From: Octopus sinensis
Lineage: Eukaryota
Reading direction: 5' to 3'
NCBI RefSeq assembly: GCF_006345805.1
Contig: NW_021824302.1
Location: forward strand, 1 to 19,196
DNA length: 19,196 nt
Below the pieces are notes generated by a model. That model had not been told where the DNA came from. It was given only the letters and a program-made list of their open reading frames with translations, and made no database searches. Positions 17,381-19,196 of the stretch are shown here, piece by piece. The stretch's first letter is position 1; every line of letters begins with the position of its first letter. The position numbers were made by a program, and so were the translations under genes.

Positions 17381-17680
17381 ACAGAAGTGAAATATCCGAG
17401 TTTTGCGGGGCATTCTTCTGCAAAGCTCTGACCCGGGATTGGAGTTACTAGTGCAGCAAAGAGGACGGTATAAATTCCATCACTAAAGCTGCGGAGAAGG
17501 CTACTCAGTGGCTTTGGATAAAGAGGGCAGACCAGTGGTTTGCGGCTATTGGAATGCATGATGGGACTTGATCAAACCCGGTTGGGTTAACTGGGAGTCT
17601 GATGTTGAAAGACCCAACACCCCCTGAAATCCCAGAAACATCACTGACGATGCATCCCAGAACATCTGTGAGATGTATCT
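17381..17680 (+). mobile_element. HERO-like (RLE-class) LINE relic: extreme ORF C-terminus plus 3' UTR
   Basis: EVKYPSFAGHSSAKL*PGIGVTSAAKRTV, frameshift, INSITKAAEKATQWLWIKRADQW; stop at 17569. Resembles recalled HERO EVGCRGFAG...AAE.AS.WLWIKR...W. The UTR TGATCAAACCCGGTTGGGT...CTGATGTTGAAAGACCC...CATCACTGACGATG resembles the recalled HERO UTR. Confidence 0.7.
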
Positions 17681-17708
17681 TGAAGCTAAAACTAAACTAT
17701 AATTATAT

Positions 17709-18105
17709 TTACTCTTACTTGTTTCAGTCATTTGACTGCGGCCATGCTGGAGCACCGCCTTTAGTCGAGCAAATCGAACCCAGGACTTATTCTTTGTAAG
17801 CTTAGTACTTATTCTATCGGTCTCTTTTGCTGAACCGCTAAGTGACGGGGACCTAAATACACCAGCATCGGTTGTCAAGCAATGCTAGGGGGACAAACAC
17901 AGACACACAAACACACACACATACATATATATACATATATACGACTGGCTTCTTTCAGTTTCCGTCTACCAAATCCACTCACAAGGCATTGGTCGGCCCG
18001 GGGCTATAGCAGAAGACACTTGCCCAAGATGCCACGCAGTAGGACTGAACCCGGAACCATGTGGCTGGTAAGCAAGCTACTTACCACACAGCCACTCCTG
18101 CGCCT
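17709..18105 (-). mobile_element. SINE family A, full length
   Basis: Colinear with 326-731; tail ...GAAACAAGTAAGAGTAA. Confidence 0.92.
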
Positions 18106-18310
18106 GTTTAATAAAAATATAAGATAAAAGAACGGTCTCTTTAAGACACTTATAAACATCACGCTCACTTATAGCAAAGGCAGTCACATTAACGAGCAAT
18201 TTAGTCAGGCTATGGGCATGACAAAACTTAAATTTGCGCTTTTTTACCATCATTTGTTGCCTGTTTATCTTAGTTTTACAATTTAATTGTTTAAATCATT
18301 ATATAAAAAA

Positions 18311-18664
18311 CTAGCAGTATCGCCCGGCGTTGCTCGGGTTTGTAAGGGAAATAACTATATAAGCATTTTTAGAGAGTTATAGCCAAAAAATAGCAAAAAA
18401 ATGCATTAAAAATGGAATAAAAAATGATGGTAATTTTTTAAATCGTTGACTTATCGTAGACATTTTTAGAGAGTTAATTCCCTTATATAATAGCGAAAAA
18501 AATGCATTAAAATGGAAAAAATGATGGTAAATTATTTTTAAAATCGTAATCACGACTATAAGATACCCGGTTTTGGTTAAACTGTACGGCAAAATGTGGG
18601 AGTAGTTAGGAATCTAAATCGTAGGAGACAGACACTCACACAACTTCACTTTTATATATATAGA
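18311..18664 (-). mobile_element. Non-autonomous Helitron (second copy)
   Basis: Same termini as 13375-13760 (TC start at 18664, hairpin plus CTAG at 18311, A|T target); about 45-bp internal deletion. Confidence 0.88.
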
Positions 18665-19088
18665 TATAATGAAAATAAAAAGATTAGTGCCCCTTAGAAC
18701 TGACTCGCCAACATCAAATGCCGTCGCATAAACAACAAATGCAGTCACACCGCTATAACCAGCCATGCATTATTCATTAATGTACATTTGATTACTTTTG
18801 TTTGTATCATATTTTAGCCATGTTCAAGTGTTTTTGTTCAAAGATTATTGGCAAAATAACGAAAGCTTAATGACAAAAAAATTTCACGATTGTCATTCTA
18901 TTTCCGGTTGGGCGCCATTACAGTTTGTGTCACTAATGTCGCTAATGTGTCCATACTGCAATACTAGTAACTTGCTCCCATTATGCCCACTCTGAGATGC
19001 AGTTTAGATTTTCTATGCTAACCATTTTCACAGTAATGAAATCCATAATATCCGAGCGCCATAATGCTTGTGGTGATTTCCCTTACAT

Positions 19089-19180
19089 ACTGGCTTAGTG
19101 GTTAGGTTGTTGAACTCAGGATCGTATGGTTGAGGTTTCGATTCTTGGACCTTGCAACGTGTTGTGTTCTTGAGCAAAAG
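19089..19180 (+). mobile_element. Head of a fourth tRNA-derived SINE (family D), truncated
   Basis: TGGCTTAGTGG (A box) ... GGTTTCGATTCTT (B-box-like) ... TTCTTGAGCAA. Followed by GTGCCACGCAGT, a minus-strand family A fragment, at the window edge. Confidence 0.65.
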
Positions 19181-19196
19181 TGCCACGCAGTGAGAT

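Noticed and set aside
17589-17665. CTGATG and CTGACGA motifs in the HERO UTR as a hammerhead
   Set aside because: No GAAA with helix II/III geometry in this copy.
19089-19160. tRNA genes here and at the SINE heads (650-731, 11787-11860)
   Set aside because: A and B boxes are present, but there is no acceptor-stem pairing and they continue into SINE bodies.

Overview
Eukaryotic, repeat-saturated non-coding DNA (intronic or intergenic). The repeat families match my recollection of Octopus genomes; this is an inference, not a database result. I can support no intact protein-coding gene. Almost every ORF in the track is a microsatellite read-through (poly-N/M/D/H, CV, HT, YI) or lies in a SINE. 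Contents: about 19 copies or fragments of four tRNA-derived SINE families (my labels A-D); decayed 3' relics of four LINE clades (Tx1/L1-like, CR1, R4/Dong, HERO-like); a probable fifth LINE tail ending in (AAT)23; two non-autonomous Helitrons; one Helentron/DINE-1-type element; and many micro- and minisatellites including about 1 kb of (ATG)n. The most unusual structure is a roughly 200-nt near-perfect fold-back at 3307-3507 whose arm resembles half of a Penelope-type hammerhead ribozyme. Also notable are a perfect 54-bp inverted repeat, SINEs sharing or swapping modules, and several close inverted SINE pairs. I found no convincing new multi-gene system.
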